DNA from: Ranitomeya imitator
Taxonomy: Eukaryota
Direction of reading: 5' to 3'
Assembly: GCF_032444005.1 (NCBI RefSeq)
Contig: NC_091290.1
Span: 129,332,001 to 129,396,000, forward strand
Length of the DNA stretch: 64,000 nucleotides
Shown: one piece after another, positions 11,555-23,165 of the stretch
Layout: every line of letters begins with the position of its first letter
How positions within the stretch are numbered: position 1 is the first letter of the stretch
Notes under the pieces: model-generated
Told to the model about the DNA's origin: nothing
What the model saw: only the letters and a program-made list of their open reading frames with translations
The model's database searches: none
Made by a program: the position numbers and the translations under genes

Positions 11555-13862
11555 TGGTGGGAAGGCCACGCTAATGCGGACTTATGATGGATAAGCTTAT
11601 ACTACCTTGGTGATATGTGTATATCCTAGATTATATGATTCCTAGCTACATATGGGGCTTTTTTGGTACCGGAGGGACGATCCCTCGTTGTAGATACACT
11701 AGTATCCTGGATAACCTTGCCCTTTTTTGATATTTACCCAGGTCTTATTGCATTGGTGTGCTTTACCATTAGTGTACTGGCTGGTTTTCCTCCTCTCTGC
11801 ATGGTGGAATTTTGTTTACATTCTATCATGCTCTTTTTGTGTATGTTATTCTTTTTGATATTTACTTATTAATAAAATATTTGTATATTTTTCTAGTAAT
11901 TTTAGTGTCTATGCTCCCTTATTTCGCTGGTGTATTACATTTGAGATTAGGAGTGACACTCCTGTGTATATTATCTAGTTGTTTGATACAAGGGAGAGCT
12001 TTGTGTTAGATTATGACCATGCTCTCGGCCACTCACTGCATTATATGCTTATTGATTCTTGTATTTGCCTTAATTTTATTTCAAAGTACAAAATTAAAGG
12101 AATGGTATGATTGCGTACACTTTTGTATATTTTAACATATAATGGTTAAATACATATAAATGTTAAATATATATAAAGATTAAGTACATATAAAGATTAT
12201 GTACATATACTCACATCATCACCAAGGAGCTTTTAAGCATCATCCATCTGGAATATCAGAGAAGCAACACCAAGACAGAAAACCCCTGGGAAATTCATAA
12301 CACTGCGCGGGCATCCCCACTTATGCAGGTATCACAACACTGTACACATATAAGTACAGGTACCCAAGTTTCTGCTTCTATCTTAGTCACGTTTCTCTGG
12401 CCTTATATAGTGATTTACACTGTGTAGTAACTCTGATTTCACCTTCCTCCTCCAGTGGCCAGCTTTCAAGATAAGATGAATCAGAGATACCAGGCAAACA
12501 TCAGCCAACGGGCAATAAACCTGACAAATCAAAAAAGTTCTCAAGAATTAGATAAGTCCACAACAGACAGAGGTTAAATATAAACCTTCATGTTTTACAA
12601 TAACAAACAACAAACACAGAGAAACATTGAACTATTTTGTGAGGTAAATGATTTCAGACAATAAGTAAACCATTCTAAGATTGTGTCACTATGAGCTTTG
12701 TCTTTCGCTAAATGTATGACCAGCAATGCTGCTCTGTCATGGTCTGATTGCATTCTGTATATTTCAATATGGACTCAAAATATCAATTTTTATATTCATA
12801 CTACACTCTGACAATCATGTCACAGGTGAAAAGGATTTGGCAGTTTGAATTTACATGCCCAATCATTTTGGGTTTTTTTTTTACGCGATAAGTGGCAAAC
12901 AGTTATGTTATTAGTCCTGAATGTAAAAATTCCTTATTTTTTTAGTAAAAGAGGTTTCCTTCTGTTATATTTTGAAAAAGTTGCTAATTGGGAGTCTAGA
13001 AAAGTTAGAAGGCATTCCTTCCCCAGTTGTAATGGCAGCCACATGGAGGATCACCCTACTTCTCCAACATCTCAGAACGACACTACATAATCAACATATA
13101 TCAGATATTTCCTAGCGTTTTTTAAGGGGGAATTTCATTTTAATGAGTGTCCAAATAATTGACATTTAATCTTGATCACTGTACTTTTCCCAACTTCTTA
13201 AGTGTCCTAAGAAATCACCTTGTACTAATTTTCTATTAATCTCGTGTCCCACAAACAATGCCAGATAATTGGGTCATTTTACAAGCAAACAAGTATGTCA
13301 AACGCTCACTCTTCACTCGTTCCTTATGAATTATTCCGCTCCGTTATTAATTAGTGCCGCATATTAAATAATTCAAGGAAATCTTTAAAAATAACAGTAG
13401 TCAATTGAAATGGTAAATTACAGTATTATTACCATTGCTTTTTTTTTCCCGGTCTTTTGTTCAACTAGTGGAATTAAAACTCAATTTTGAAACAATTTAG
13501 CCCTTAAGTTTTTCTTTTTTTTAAAATTAAACTCTAATTCATTATTTAAATGCTATTATACAGAGAGAAAAGGAGAAAATTAGGGACATTGCCATATGTA
13601 ATATTCAGTTCTGGGCTTTTTTTCTTCACTATGGGAAGAAAGAGAATCATCAAATGTCTCTTTGTCAGCCTTTAATTAAATTGTACTTTGGAATCCACTT
13701 TAATTGTGATGAATTAAAGTGATATCTTTGGATTAAAATGTATAGTGGACAAATTAAAAAAAAAGAACAACTATATATATATATATAGTACTGTGCAAAA
13801 AATGTAGGCATACAGTGAAATAAAATGCTGAAAAATAAGGATGCGAGGTTGTGGAAGACAGC

Positions 13863-14843
13863 TGTTAGGTCTCGAGTTCCCGCTTCTGCACAGGGGGAAT
13901 CTCGAGCCATCTCCGCTGCGGTCTCCCATTTTTATCCAGCCGCAGTGGAGTCTGCTCAGCAGGGACGTCGGTCCCAGCGTCTTGCTCGGTCTCACTCTGT
14001 ACAGAGAGTTACTGCTGCTTCTTCAGCTTCTGCCATTAAAGCCAGTGCTGGTCAGCAGCGAGCGGACTTCTCTGGGACTAAGTCCTTGTCTGCACACACT
14101 GAGCATGCCCAGGGCAAGATGTCCCGTTGGAGATCGAGTGTCATGTGCTCAGGCTCTGCAGCACATTCCATTGGTCCTCTTGGCAGGTCTTGGAAGGGCA
14201 AAGTTTCTGTGGCCACTTCCTGTGCTGCAACTATATAAACTGCGCATGACCGCACGGCCATGTGCTAGTGTACAATTGTTAATGTGTGTATGTTGTGAGT
14301 GCAAGTCGTCCTTGGATACCCCTACCCTATTGAATGTCTGTTCGCAGAAGATGTATGGTTGCTATCTAGCGCCCGACTTATCCTACAACACGAATCACAC
14401 ATTACAGCATCCAGTTGCTGTGACCGCCAGTACGGCGCCGTGCACTTCCTCTGTGCTTTCCTTACCCAAGCCTGGGTGGTTAGTGGCGTTCGTCAGTGCG
14501 GCACCGCATGCACTCTTGTGCCTTAATATTGTTATTTGGTTTCCTTACACACCCAGTTGCGGTGTTGTGCCAGCAAGGGTATAATCGGACTTCAATCCTA
14601 GTTGGGGTTGAGTTCGCTGACTACTTGCTCGCGCTCTATGTGCGGTACCGCGGTCCTGTGACGCAACAGGATCGCTTCCTTCACGCTGGGTGAAGTTTAA
14701 CCCACGTGTGTATACTTATGAGTACCGCCATATAGTCCGTCATTACTTGGCAGCAGGTTCCATCTCTGCACGGTGGACCCTGGGCTGCGAACGCACCATA
14801 CTCTATCTGTCTTATTATTTGGTGCGTTCCGCTAGCCCTAACA
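13863..14843 (+). repeat. 5' LTR family B (981 bp)
   Basis: Direct repeat of 18992-19948, with TATATAAA at 14232. Confidence 0.97.
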
Positions 14844-14871
14844 TTACACTAGCGCCAGGGTCTGGCTAGTA

Positions 14872-17800
14872 ATGACGGACAAACAGCAATCCTTGCGGTA
14901 TATCCAGCAGCTGGAGGGTAGGTTGGCGGCTCTTGAGAGCGCAACCTCAGCTGTGGATGTTACCGCATTTGCTGTACAGGCTGCTAGCGTGGCTGCAGCA
15001 ACCCTGTCCATTGCCACCCCTGCTCCGACATTTTCTCGCCTCCCGCTGCCAGAAAAATTTTCTGGTGATAGCAAATTTTGTAGGGGATTTGGGAGTCAGT
15101 GCTCTATTCACCTCGAGCTCCTGGCTGCACGTTTTCCCACAGAGCGGGCTAAGGTGGGATTTATAGTGTCTCTCTTGTCGGACAGGGCGTTGGAATGGGC
15201 TACGCTGCTGTGGGAGCGTGGCGATCATGTGGTGCAGAGTGCTCCGCTGTTTCTGAGCACTCTGAAACAGGTCTTTTTAGGACCTCAAGTCACCCATGAT
15301 ACTGCGCTCCAACTGCTGGCATTAACTCAGGGTGAGTCCTTGGTCAGTCATGTTGCCGTCCAATTCCGCACTTTAGCTTCTGAGCTGGATTGGTCGGATA
15401 AAGCTCTTATCCCCATATTTTGGAGGGGCCTGGCTGACCACGTTAAGGACGCTCTGGCCACTAGGGAGGTTCCTGCCACACTGGAGGAGTTAATAACTGT
15501 CTCCACTCGAATTGACCTCCGTTTTAACGAGCGGAGGTTAGAGCGAGCCCAGTGTAAGCAGAGGTTTCGGCTGGCTCCTACCTTCGCCAAACCTCTGGAA
15601 TCTCCGGTCCTGGTTCCTGAGTCACATGAGGCCAGGGAAGTGTCACAAGTGGGATCTAAGTCCCGGACCGCTTGTACACTCAGGGTCTGTCATGTTTGCC
15701 AGCAGTCAGGACATCTAGCCACCAGATGTTCTCAGCAGTCGAGGAAACGTCAGCGTTTAGTGGTTGTAGGTGGAGGTACACTAGACACGGTGACGTTTGC
15801 CTCTAAATTGTCCTTTAAGGGGACAATTACTATAGGCTCATTCTCCCACTCGGTAGAGCTCTGCGTGGATTCTGGGGCGGAGGGCAATTTTATGTCTTCT
15901 GCCTTCGTCCAACGTCACGCAATACCCCTGGTTATGCTAGCTCAACCAGTAACGGTACGAGTGGTGAATGGGTCGACACTGCCCTCACAGATAACACACC
16001 AGACCATCCCTTGTACTCTGTCCATGTCGCCATCTCATCAGGAGATTATATCTCTGCTCGTCATTCCTGAGGGAATTGATGAGGTCCTGTTGGGAATACC
16101 TTGGCTACGGTACCACTCTCCTCATATCGAGTGGTCCTCTGGCAGAATCCTGGGATGGGGCGAATCTTGTGGGGGTAGGTGTCAGAGGGAGTGCGTTCAG
16201 GTTGCTACTACAGAGGTACCCGCAGATCTTTCCTCTCTCCCCAAGCAGTATTGGTCTTATGCAGACGTGTTCTCCAAAAAGGCGGCGGAGATCCTTCCGC
16301 CCCATCGCCCCTATGACTGTCCTATTGATCTCTTGCCTGGTGCTGAGCCTCCCCGGGGTCGAGTCTATCCGCTATCTCTCCCGGAGACAGAGGCAATGTC
16401 ACAGTACATCCAGGAAAATCTGGCAAGAGGATTCATTAGGAAGTCAGTGTCACCTGCTGGGGCAGGGTTCTTCTTCGTGCAGAAGAAGAATGGGGAATTG
16501 CGTCCATGCATAGACTACAGGGGTCTTAATGCCATCACCGTTAAAAATAAGTATCCTTTGCCCTTGATATCTGAGCTCTTCGATAGGCTTTGGGGAGCAA
16601 GGGTATTTACTAAACTAGATCTGCGGGGTGCTTACAACCTGATTCGCATCCTTGAAGGGGACGAATGGAAGACGGCTTTTAACACCAGGGATGGGCACTA
16701 TGAATATCTGGTGATGCCCTTCGGGCTCTGTAATGCCCCAGCCGTTTTCCAAGACTTTGTGAACGATATCTTCCGGGATATGCTTTCCACCTCGGTCGTA
16801 GTCTATCTGGATGATATTCTCATCTACTCTCCAGATATTGACTCCCACCGGAGAGATGTTTGCAAAGTCTTCGACCTCCTACGGGCAAACTCCCTCTATG
16901 CCAAGTTGGAGAAGTTTATGTTTGAGCAGGAGTCCTTACCTTTCCTGGGCTACATCATCTCTGCGCAGGGATTGGCTATGGATCCTGCCAAACTACAGGC
17001 TGTGATGGACTGGCAGGAACCCCATTCTCTTAAAGCAGTGCAGCGCTTTATGGGGTTCATTAATTATTATCGTCAGTTCATTCCGCACTTCTCAACTTTG
17101 GTAGCTCCCTTGGTTGCCCTCACCAAGAAGGGGGCGAATCCCAAATTGTGGTCTGAGGAGGTCTCCAAGGCCTTTAACTCTATAAAGTCACACTTCGCTA
17201 GTGCTCCCATCCTACATTGCCCCGATGTTGATAAGCCATTTATCATGGAGGTGGATGCCTCTTCTGTTGGTGCTGGAGCAGTCCTCTTCCAAAAGGATGC
17301 TCAAGGTCGGAAGCATCCTTGCTTCTTTTTCTCCAAGACCTTCTCACCAGCAGAGAGGAATTATTCCATCGGGGACAGGGAGTTGCTAGCCTTGAAGTTG
17401 GCTTTCTCGGAGTGGAGACATCTCTTGGAGGGAGCACGTTTTCCCTTCCAAGTCTTCACAGACCATAAAAATTTGGTTTACCTGCAGACAGCCCAGCGGT
17501 TGAATTCTCGCCAGGCCAGATGGTCCTTATTCTTCTGGTTTCATTTCACCCTCCATTTTCTTTCTGGGGAGAAGAACATTCGGGCCGACGCTCTCTCTCG
17601 CTCCGTTGTGTCATCTGCGGAGGAGGAGGAGCCTCGGCTTATTGTCCCCACCGAGAGCTTGAGAACTGTGGCTCCGGTTTCGCTAGAGTCTGTGCCCCCG
17701 GGCAAGACTTTTGTTCCATCCAGTTTGCGACCGGAGGTTCTCTCTTGGGCACACTCGTCCAGGGTGGGTGGACATTTTGGTACCAAAAGGACATCTGAGT

Positions 17801-19713
17801 TACTGGCGAGGACATACTGGTGGCCGCATATGGCTCGTGATGTCGCAGAGTATGTTCGGGCGTGTGTCTCTTGCGCCAAGAACAAGACTCCTCAGCAACG
17901 GCCAGCTGGTTTGCTTTATCCTCTGCCGGTGGCGGACAGGCCCTGGGAGATGGTCGGGATGGACTTTGTGGTGGGCTTACCCAAGTCTCGTAACTGCACC
18001 ATTATCTGGGTGATCACCGACCATTTTTCCAAAATGGTGCACTTAGTGCCTCTTCCACGGCTACCTTCTGCACGGGCGTTGGCGGTCTTGTTCGTCAAGC
18101 ATATCTTTCGCCTACACGGTATGCCAGACCAAATTGTTAGTGACCGGGGTCCCCAGTTTGCGTCTCGATTCTGGAGAGAGCTTTGTCGTCTACTCAGTAT
18201 TGAGTTGAATCTCTCTTCGGCATATCATCCCGAGACGAATGGGTTGGTAGAGAGGGCCAACCAGACCTTGGTCACATATTTACGACATTTTGTTTCTGCC
18301 AGGCAGGATGACTGGGCATCCTTGCTACCGTGGGCAGAGTTTGCACTTAACAATGCCGTAGCCGACTCCACCGGTCAGACTCCATTCCTCCTAAATTACG
18401 GCCAGCATCCGCGTGTTCCTGTGCCCATGCCTGTGTCTTCTGCTGACTCCAGGGTGGCAGACTGGGCTGTGGAGGCACGGGACATTTGGGACCACACGCA
18501 GGATGCCATTCGGGCCTCCAAGGAGAGAATGAGGTCCTCCGCCGATGTTCATTGGCGCCCCGCTCCGACCTTTGCTCCTGGCGACTTGGTGTGGCTCTCC
18601 GCCCGTAACATCAGGCTGCGAGTTGAGTCCACTAAGTTTGCTCCTCGCTACTTGGGTCCCTTCAAGGTTCTCGAACGGGTTAATCCTGTGGTCTACCGTT
18701 TGGCTCTTCCTCCACGCTTGGGTATCACCGACACCTTTCATGTGTCCCTCTTGAAACCCGTATACATGTCCCGGTTTTCCGAGTCATCTGCCGGGACATC
18801 GGGTTCGTCTACGGACGATTACGAGGTGAACGCTATTTTGGGGTGCAAGGTGGTACGCGGCAAAAAGTTCTATCTGGTGGATTGGAAGGGTTATGGCCCA
18901 GAGGACAGGTCATGGGAGCCTGCTGAAAACATTCGGGCTCCACAGCTCATTGCTGCCTTCGAGCGTAGCGAGGCCCAAGGAGGGGGGGTAATGTTAGGTC
19001 TCGAGTTCCCGATTCTGCACAGGGGGAATCTCGATCCATCTCCGCTGCGGTCTCCCATTCTTATCCAGCCGCAGTGGAGTTTGCTCAGCAGGGACGTCGG
19101 TCCCAGCGTCTTGCTCAGTCTCACTCTGTACAGAGAGTTACTGCTGCTTCTTCAGGTTCTGCCATTAAAGCCAGTGCTGGTCAGCAGCAAGCGGACTTCT
19201 CTGGGACTAAGTCCTTGTCTGCACACACTGAGCATGCCCAGGGCAAGATCTCCCGTTGGAGATCGAGGGTCATGTGCTCAGGCTCTGCAGCACATTCCAT
19301 TGGTCCTCTTGGCAGGTCTTGGAAGGGCAAAGTTTCTGTGGCCACTTCCTGTGCTGCAACTATATAAACTGCGCATGACCGCACGGCCATGCGCTAGTGT
19401 ACAATTGTTAATGTGTGTATGTTGTGAGTGCAAGTCGTCCTTGGATACCCCTACCCTATTGAATGTCTGTTCGCGGAAGGTGTATGGTTGCTATCTAGCG
19501 CCCGACTTATCCTACAAAACGAATCACACATTACAGCGTCCAGTTGCTGTGACCGCCAGTACGGCGCCGTGCACTTCCTCTGTGCTTTCCTTACCCAAGC
19601 CTGGGTGGTTAGTGGCGTTCGTCAGTGCGGCACCGCATGCACTCTTGTGCCTTAATATTGTTATTTGGTTTCCTTACACACCCAGTTGCGGTGTTGTGCC
19701 AGCAAGGGTCTAA
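14872..19713 (+). CDS. Uninterrupted gag-pol polyprotein (1613 aa) reading into the 3' LTR
   Basis: Motifs: capsid [26 protein letters not shown], protease VDSGA, RT YLDD, RNase H, integrase H-H-C-C/SDRG/ETNG/GPF, chromodomain YEVNAIL...[17 protein letters not shown]. An apparent one-codon deletion gives RWSLFFWF in RNase H, versus RWSLFFARF in family A. Confidence 0.93.
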   Translation: MTDKQQSLRYIQQLEGRLAALESATSAVDVTAFAVQAASVAAATLSIATPAPTFSRLPLPEKFSGDSKFCRGFGSQCSIHLELLAARFPTERAKVGFIVSLLSDRALEWATLLWERGDHVVQSAPLFLSTLKQVFLGPQVTHDTALQLLALTQGESLVSHVAVQFRTLASELDWSDKALIPIFWRGLADHVKDALATREVPATLEELITVSTRIDLRFNERRLERAQCKQRFRLAPTFAKPLESPVLVPESHEAREVSQVGSKSRTACTLRVCHVCQQSGHLATRCSQQSRKRQRLVVVGGGTLDTVTFASKLSFKGTITIGSFSHSVELCVDSGAEGNFMSSAFVQRHAIPLVMLAQPVTVRVVNGSTLPSQITHQTIPCTLSMSPSHQEIISLLVIPEGIDEVLLGIPWLRYHSPHIEWSSGRILGWGESCGGRCQRECVQVATTEVPADLSSLPKQYWSYADVFSKKAAEILPPHRPYDCPIDLLPGAEPPRGRVYPLSLPETEAMSQYIQENLARGFIRKSVSPAGAGFFFVQKKNGELRPCIDYRGLNAITVKNKYPLPLISELFDRLWGARVFTKLDLRGAYNLIRILEGDEWKTAFNTRDGHYEYLVMPFGLCNAPAVFQDFVNDIFRDMLSTSVVVYLDDILIYSPDIDSHRRDVCKVFDLLRANSLYAKLEKFMFEQESLPFLGYIISAQGLAMDPAKLQAVMDWQEPHSLKAVQRFMGFINYYRQFIPHFSTLVAPLVALTKKGANPKLWSEEVSKAFNSIKSHFASAPILHCPDVDKPFIMEVDASSVGAGAVLFQKDAQGRKHPCFFFSKTFSPAERNYSIGDRELLALKLAFSEWRHLLEGARFPFQVFTDHKNLVYLQTAQRLNSRQARWSLFFWFHFTLHFLSGEKNIRADALSRSVVSSAEEEEPRLIVPTESLRTVAPVSLESVPPGKTFVPSSLRPEVLSWAHSSRVGGHFGTKRTSELLARTYWWPHMARDVAEYVRACVSCAKNKTPQQRPAGLLYPLPVADRPWEMVGMDFVVGLPKSRNCTIIWVITDHFSKMVHLVPLPRLPSARALAVLFVKHIFRLHGMPDQIVSDRGPQFASRFWRELCRLLSIELNLSSAYHPETNGLVERANQTLVTYLRHFVSARQDDWASLLPWAEFALNNAVADSTGQTPFLLNYGQHPRVPVPMPVSSADSRVADWAVEARDIWDHTQDAIRASKERMRSSADVHWRPAPTFAPGDLVWLSARNIRLRVESTKFAPRYLGPFKVLERVNPVVYRLALPPRLGITDTFHVSLLKPVYMSRFSESSAGTSGSSTDDYEVNAILGCKVVRGKKFYLVDWKGYGPEDRSWEPAENIRAPQLIAAFERSEAQGGGVMLGLEFPILHRGNLDPSPLRSPILIQPQWSLLSRDVGPSVLLSLTLYRELLLLLQVLPLKPVLVSSKRTSLGLSPCLHTLSMPRARSPVGDRGSCAQALQHIPLVLLAGLGRAKFLWPLPVLQLYKLRMTARPCASVQLLMCVCCECKSSLDTPTLLNVCSRKVYGCYLAPDLSYKTNHTLQRPVAVTASTAPCTSSVLSLPKPGWLVAFVSAAPHALLCLNIVIWFPYTPSCGVVPARV

Positions 19714-19948
19714 TCGGACTTCAATCCTAGTTGGGGTTGAGTTCGCTGACTACCGCGGTCCTGTGATGCAACAGGATCGCTTACTTCACGCTGGGTGAAG
19801 TTTAACCCACGTGTGTATACTTATGAGTACCGCCATATAGTCCGTCATTACTTGGCAGCAGGTTCCATCTCTGCACGGTGGACCCCGGGCTGCGAACGCA
19901 CCATACTCTATCTGTCTTATTATTTGGTGCATTCCGCTAGCCCTAACA
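18992..19948 (+). repeat. 3' LTR family B (957 bp)
   Basis: About 2% substitutions versus the 5' LTR (estimated by eye), plus a 24-bp deletion between TAC microhomologies near 19753. Confidence 0.97.
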
Positions 19949-19980
19949 ACAGCTTCATGTCGTAGGTGATAAATCTATAC

Positions 19981-20870
19981 ACCATGGCAAGACTGGGCAG
20001 AGCAACAAGACACAAGGTAGTTATACTGCATCAGCTAGGTCTCCATCAGGCAAAGATTTTAAAGCCAACTGGGGTTCTCAGATGTGTTCTTTAAAGCATC
20101 ACTCCAGCGTTTTATTTTTACTTTACCACTGGAATGGCGCTTCTAAAGTAAGATCCCTGCACCTAGTCTGATACATTCCTGCTGCCCACTTCCTTTTCTA
20201 TCACCGTCGTTCCCGTCGATCTCTAGGAGTTTGTGATACTCCAGATTGCTCCAGTGTTTCATGCAGTGCGCTGGAGGTCACTACACAATCCCATAGAGCC
20301 TCATTCTGGCTTTTATAGACTTGCATTGAGAGCTTGTGATGTAACTTCTGTCCTCCAGCCAGTCAGAAGTTGAAGTCACAAGATAGCACTTCGAGACGCC
20401 GAAAAAAGTTGAAGACGCCAGAGAGAGCTTAATACCAGGGGGGCAGGGACCTTACATTAGAAGACCCACACCAACGCTAAAAAACCCATTGGAGTGGTGC
20501 TTTAAGTTTCTTTTATGAAGCACCAAGAGGTGTGTAACATTGAGGAAAGTAGGTGCAGTGTCAACCCAATGAAAGTTGGTGCATCAAATTAAAGATACAT
20601 CATGTTTACTTCCTTTCAAAATCACGAGATGTTCAGCAGTGCCATCATCTCAGAGCTAGAAGCAACTAGTGGCTCCCATGTATATCCATTTACTGTTCTG
20701 AGAAGTCTGACAAGAAGTGTTCTTCATGGAAAATTGCCACTAAAAAGCCATAGCTTAGATGGAAACAAGGCTAAGTGATTGAACTGTGCATGAAAACACA
20801 GAACCTGGGTGCAGAAAAATATCAGCAGGTACTATGGGCTGATGAGCTCTGATCCCAACATAATTGAGTC
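19981..20870 (+). pseudogene. Tc1 transposase N-terminal fossil, split by a TTAA MITE
   Basis: Decayed Tc1-like HTH region through to a VLWADE-like motif. The sequence is continuous across the TTAA at 20091/20502. Confidence 0.6.
20095..20501. mobile_element. TTAA-target MITE (Kolobok/T2-like)
   Basis: TTAA|AGCATCACTCCA...TGGAGTGGTGCT|TTAA. Confidence 0.85.
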
Positions 20871-21599
20871 TGTCTAGGATTACACGAAGACAAAGGATTT
20901 TCACAAATCTATATATATATATATATAAAAGATCTGTGATTATTTCTCCAAGATGTTTGGAGAACACAGGCTTCAAAACCTACAACATGAATAAAATGTA
21001 TCTCAGAACAGGTGATAAATGCATTATTTATGGAGTTTTCATCTGCTGGAACGTCCACCAAGCAGAAGAACAGGGATTCTGTGTCCCTCATGTAAATGGA
21101 GGACGAGATCACATGCATAACCATTACTTCATTCATTTTAATGGGTTTATAGAAATGGAAGTGAAGTGCACATGTGAAAAGTGACAAAAGACTCTCATGG
21201 TAAATAAATGGAGCTCTGTTCAAGCATGTGCAATATGGCTCCCATTGACCCATAGCATTGAATGGAGAACTAGTCAAACATTCAAAATTCTACTCCGCAA
21301 CCCAGTCAGTTAGAATTAAGCTTATTGTCTGAGTGGAACTAAGAGGGACATAAGTTATTTAAAGGTTAGCTTCCTCCATTCTAAGTTACTTGCAGAGGGC
21401 ATATGGAGTAGGTAGAATCTAGACCCGTTAGAGTCTTTGACTTGAAAACAGGAAGAGAGCACCCTTGTAGAGGTGTGTCATCCAAAGTTACAGAGGGAAC
21501 ATTACATTTGTAACTGACCTGAGTAGAAGTCACCATGTCCTCCCCTTAAGATAGGAAGAAGAGACAACCCATAGAGTGAAGCTGAGGAGCTAAGAGGGG

Positions 21600-22215
21600 G
21601 TAAAATGAAACTGTTTGACCCTATACAAAGTACATTTGCATCATCCAAGAAAATTGTGTAAATGGACAGTGAAGAGTTTTACACCAAAGTTGTGAAACAT
21701 GTAGACGATAAAAGAGTTTGTCACTGATGTTGTGAAACATGTAGTTGATGAGGAGTTTACCACAAGTTCATGAGACCTATTGACTGGATTAGTAGCTTAA
21801 AGGAAAATGGAAAATTAAACTATATGATCCTAGGCAAAGGATATTTGAGCTGTGTCACCCGAGAAGATTGTGTACATAGACAGTGAAGAGTTTTTCATCA
21901 AAGTTGTGAAACATGTGAAAAGGAGTTTCATAGTTTGCCACCAAGATTGCGAAATATGTGGATAGCAAGGAGTTGACCACTTAGTTCAAGAGACCAATAG
22001 ACTGGATGAGAAGCTAAGAAGGAGTACTGATGAAGTAACATGAAACTGATCCTCAGCAAAGGACATTTGAGCTGTGTCACCCGAAAGGATTGTGTGTACA
22101 TGGAAAGTGAAGAGTTTTCTACCAAAATTCTGAAACATTTGGATTTTGCCACTGAGATTGTGAAAAACGTGTTTAGTAAGAAGTTCACCAGTTAGTTCAT
22201 GAGACCTACTGACTG
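21600..22215. repeat. Degenerate tandem repeat (~220-bp unit with shorter sub-repeats)
   Basis: The block atcct..gcaaagga.atttgagctgtgtcacccga...gtgaagagtttt recurs at ~21826 and ~22050, with a more diverged copy at ~21620. gttgtgaaacatgt recurs several times. Confidence 0.65.
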
Positions 22216-23165
22216 TATGTGAATTAATCTTCATTATTTCTAAGATAAACCTGACTTTCAGTTGACTCCATAATAGACGAGGAATGGTCCAGGGCCATTA
22301 TTAATGTAGGTCATGGTAATCTATGTATTGTAACTGTCGGTACACCTGCTGAAAGGAATGCTTGTCTCATAATTTGCTGTGTAATTGCATGAGGCCTTCC
22401 AACCACAAGCAAAGGTTCTCCGACAATACCTTCGCCCTCCGGCTGGCCTCGCGAGTCTCTATTAATGGCATTAATGGTGATGAATTAGATGAACACATAC
22501 CATCTTGTCATATCACATGAAGTCATATTACAGCTTCTCTATAATGAGGTCTTTTTATATATCAAGCTTACGATCCAGGCATGGACATCACCTTTGTGTA
22601 ATTGGAAAATGTTTCCTTGTCATCTGGTTTTGACGAGAGGCAGATGTTCCGAAAACTCGTTCCCATGATTGCATGATTGCAGGTTTGTGTTTTATAACTG
22701 TGTTAATTAACGTGTCGGATTTACCAATGTTGGGCATGACCTGCTGATGAGAGAAGGGGATGTAGAAACCTACTCAATTCTTCCTGTTGAATTCACATCA
22801 GAGTAATGGATTGAGTATAATAATAATATGATATTAATGTGTGTATGTATAGGAACACATACAGAATGTCATATATTATCACATCTATGTTTTCTAAGTG
22901 CCTCACTTTACTAGTTTCATCCTGATGATCTTCATTTCCATTGATCTCTTCTCCACACACAACCAAATCTGCATTTTTATTCTCATGCATTGGGACCTTA
23001 TTGCTGCTGCCCACTAGTGGTGGAGTGTAGGCCCACATCTTATATGGCTGATTTGCAACTTAAAGAATTTAGTTAAAGCACCACTCCAGCGTTTTGGGTT
23101 TTTTTTGCATCTTTTTCAAGCGTCGCTCTTTACGGGCTCCCGTGAAAAGTGGCCTAGTGTTTGAT

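Larger units (their letters stand above)
9150..12010 (+). mobile_element. 5'-truncated Penelope-like element (PLE) with long 3' non-coding region; ends approximate
   Basis: ORF with RT C-terminus and GIY-YIG endonuclease, followed by an AT-rich tail, a CpG-rich segment, a TATA box, a hammerhead-like motif and AATAAA near 11870. Confidence 0.75.
13863..19948 (+). mobile_element. Ty3/Gypsy chromovirus-type LTR retrotransposon, family B, full length
   Basis: TGTTAGG...CCTAACA LTRs at 13863-14843 and 18992-19948, 5-bp TSD ACAGC (13858-13862 and 19949-19953), PPT ggagggggggtaa, and a single gag-pol ORF. Confidence 0.98.

Noticed and set aside
22744-22775. CTGATGA...GAAAC as a hammerhead
   Set aside because: The intervening sequence cannot form stem II, and there is no stem I/III or cleavage triplet. 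CTGATGA at 20842 and 61561 also fails.
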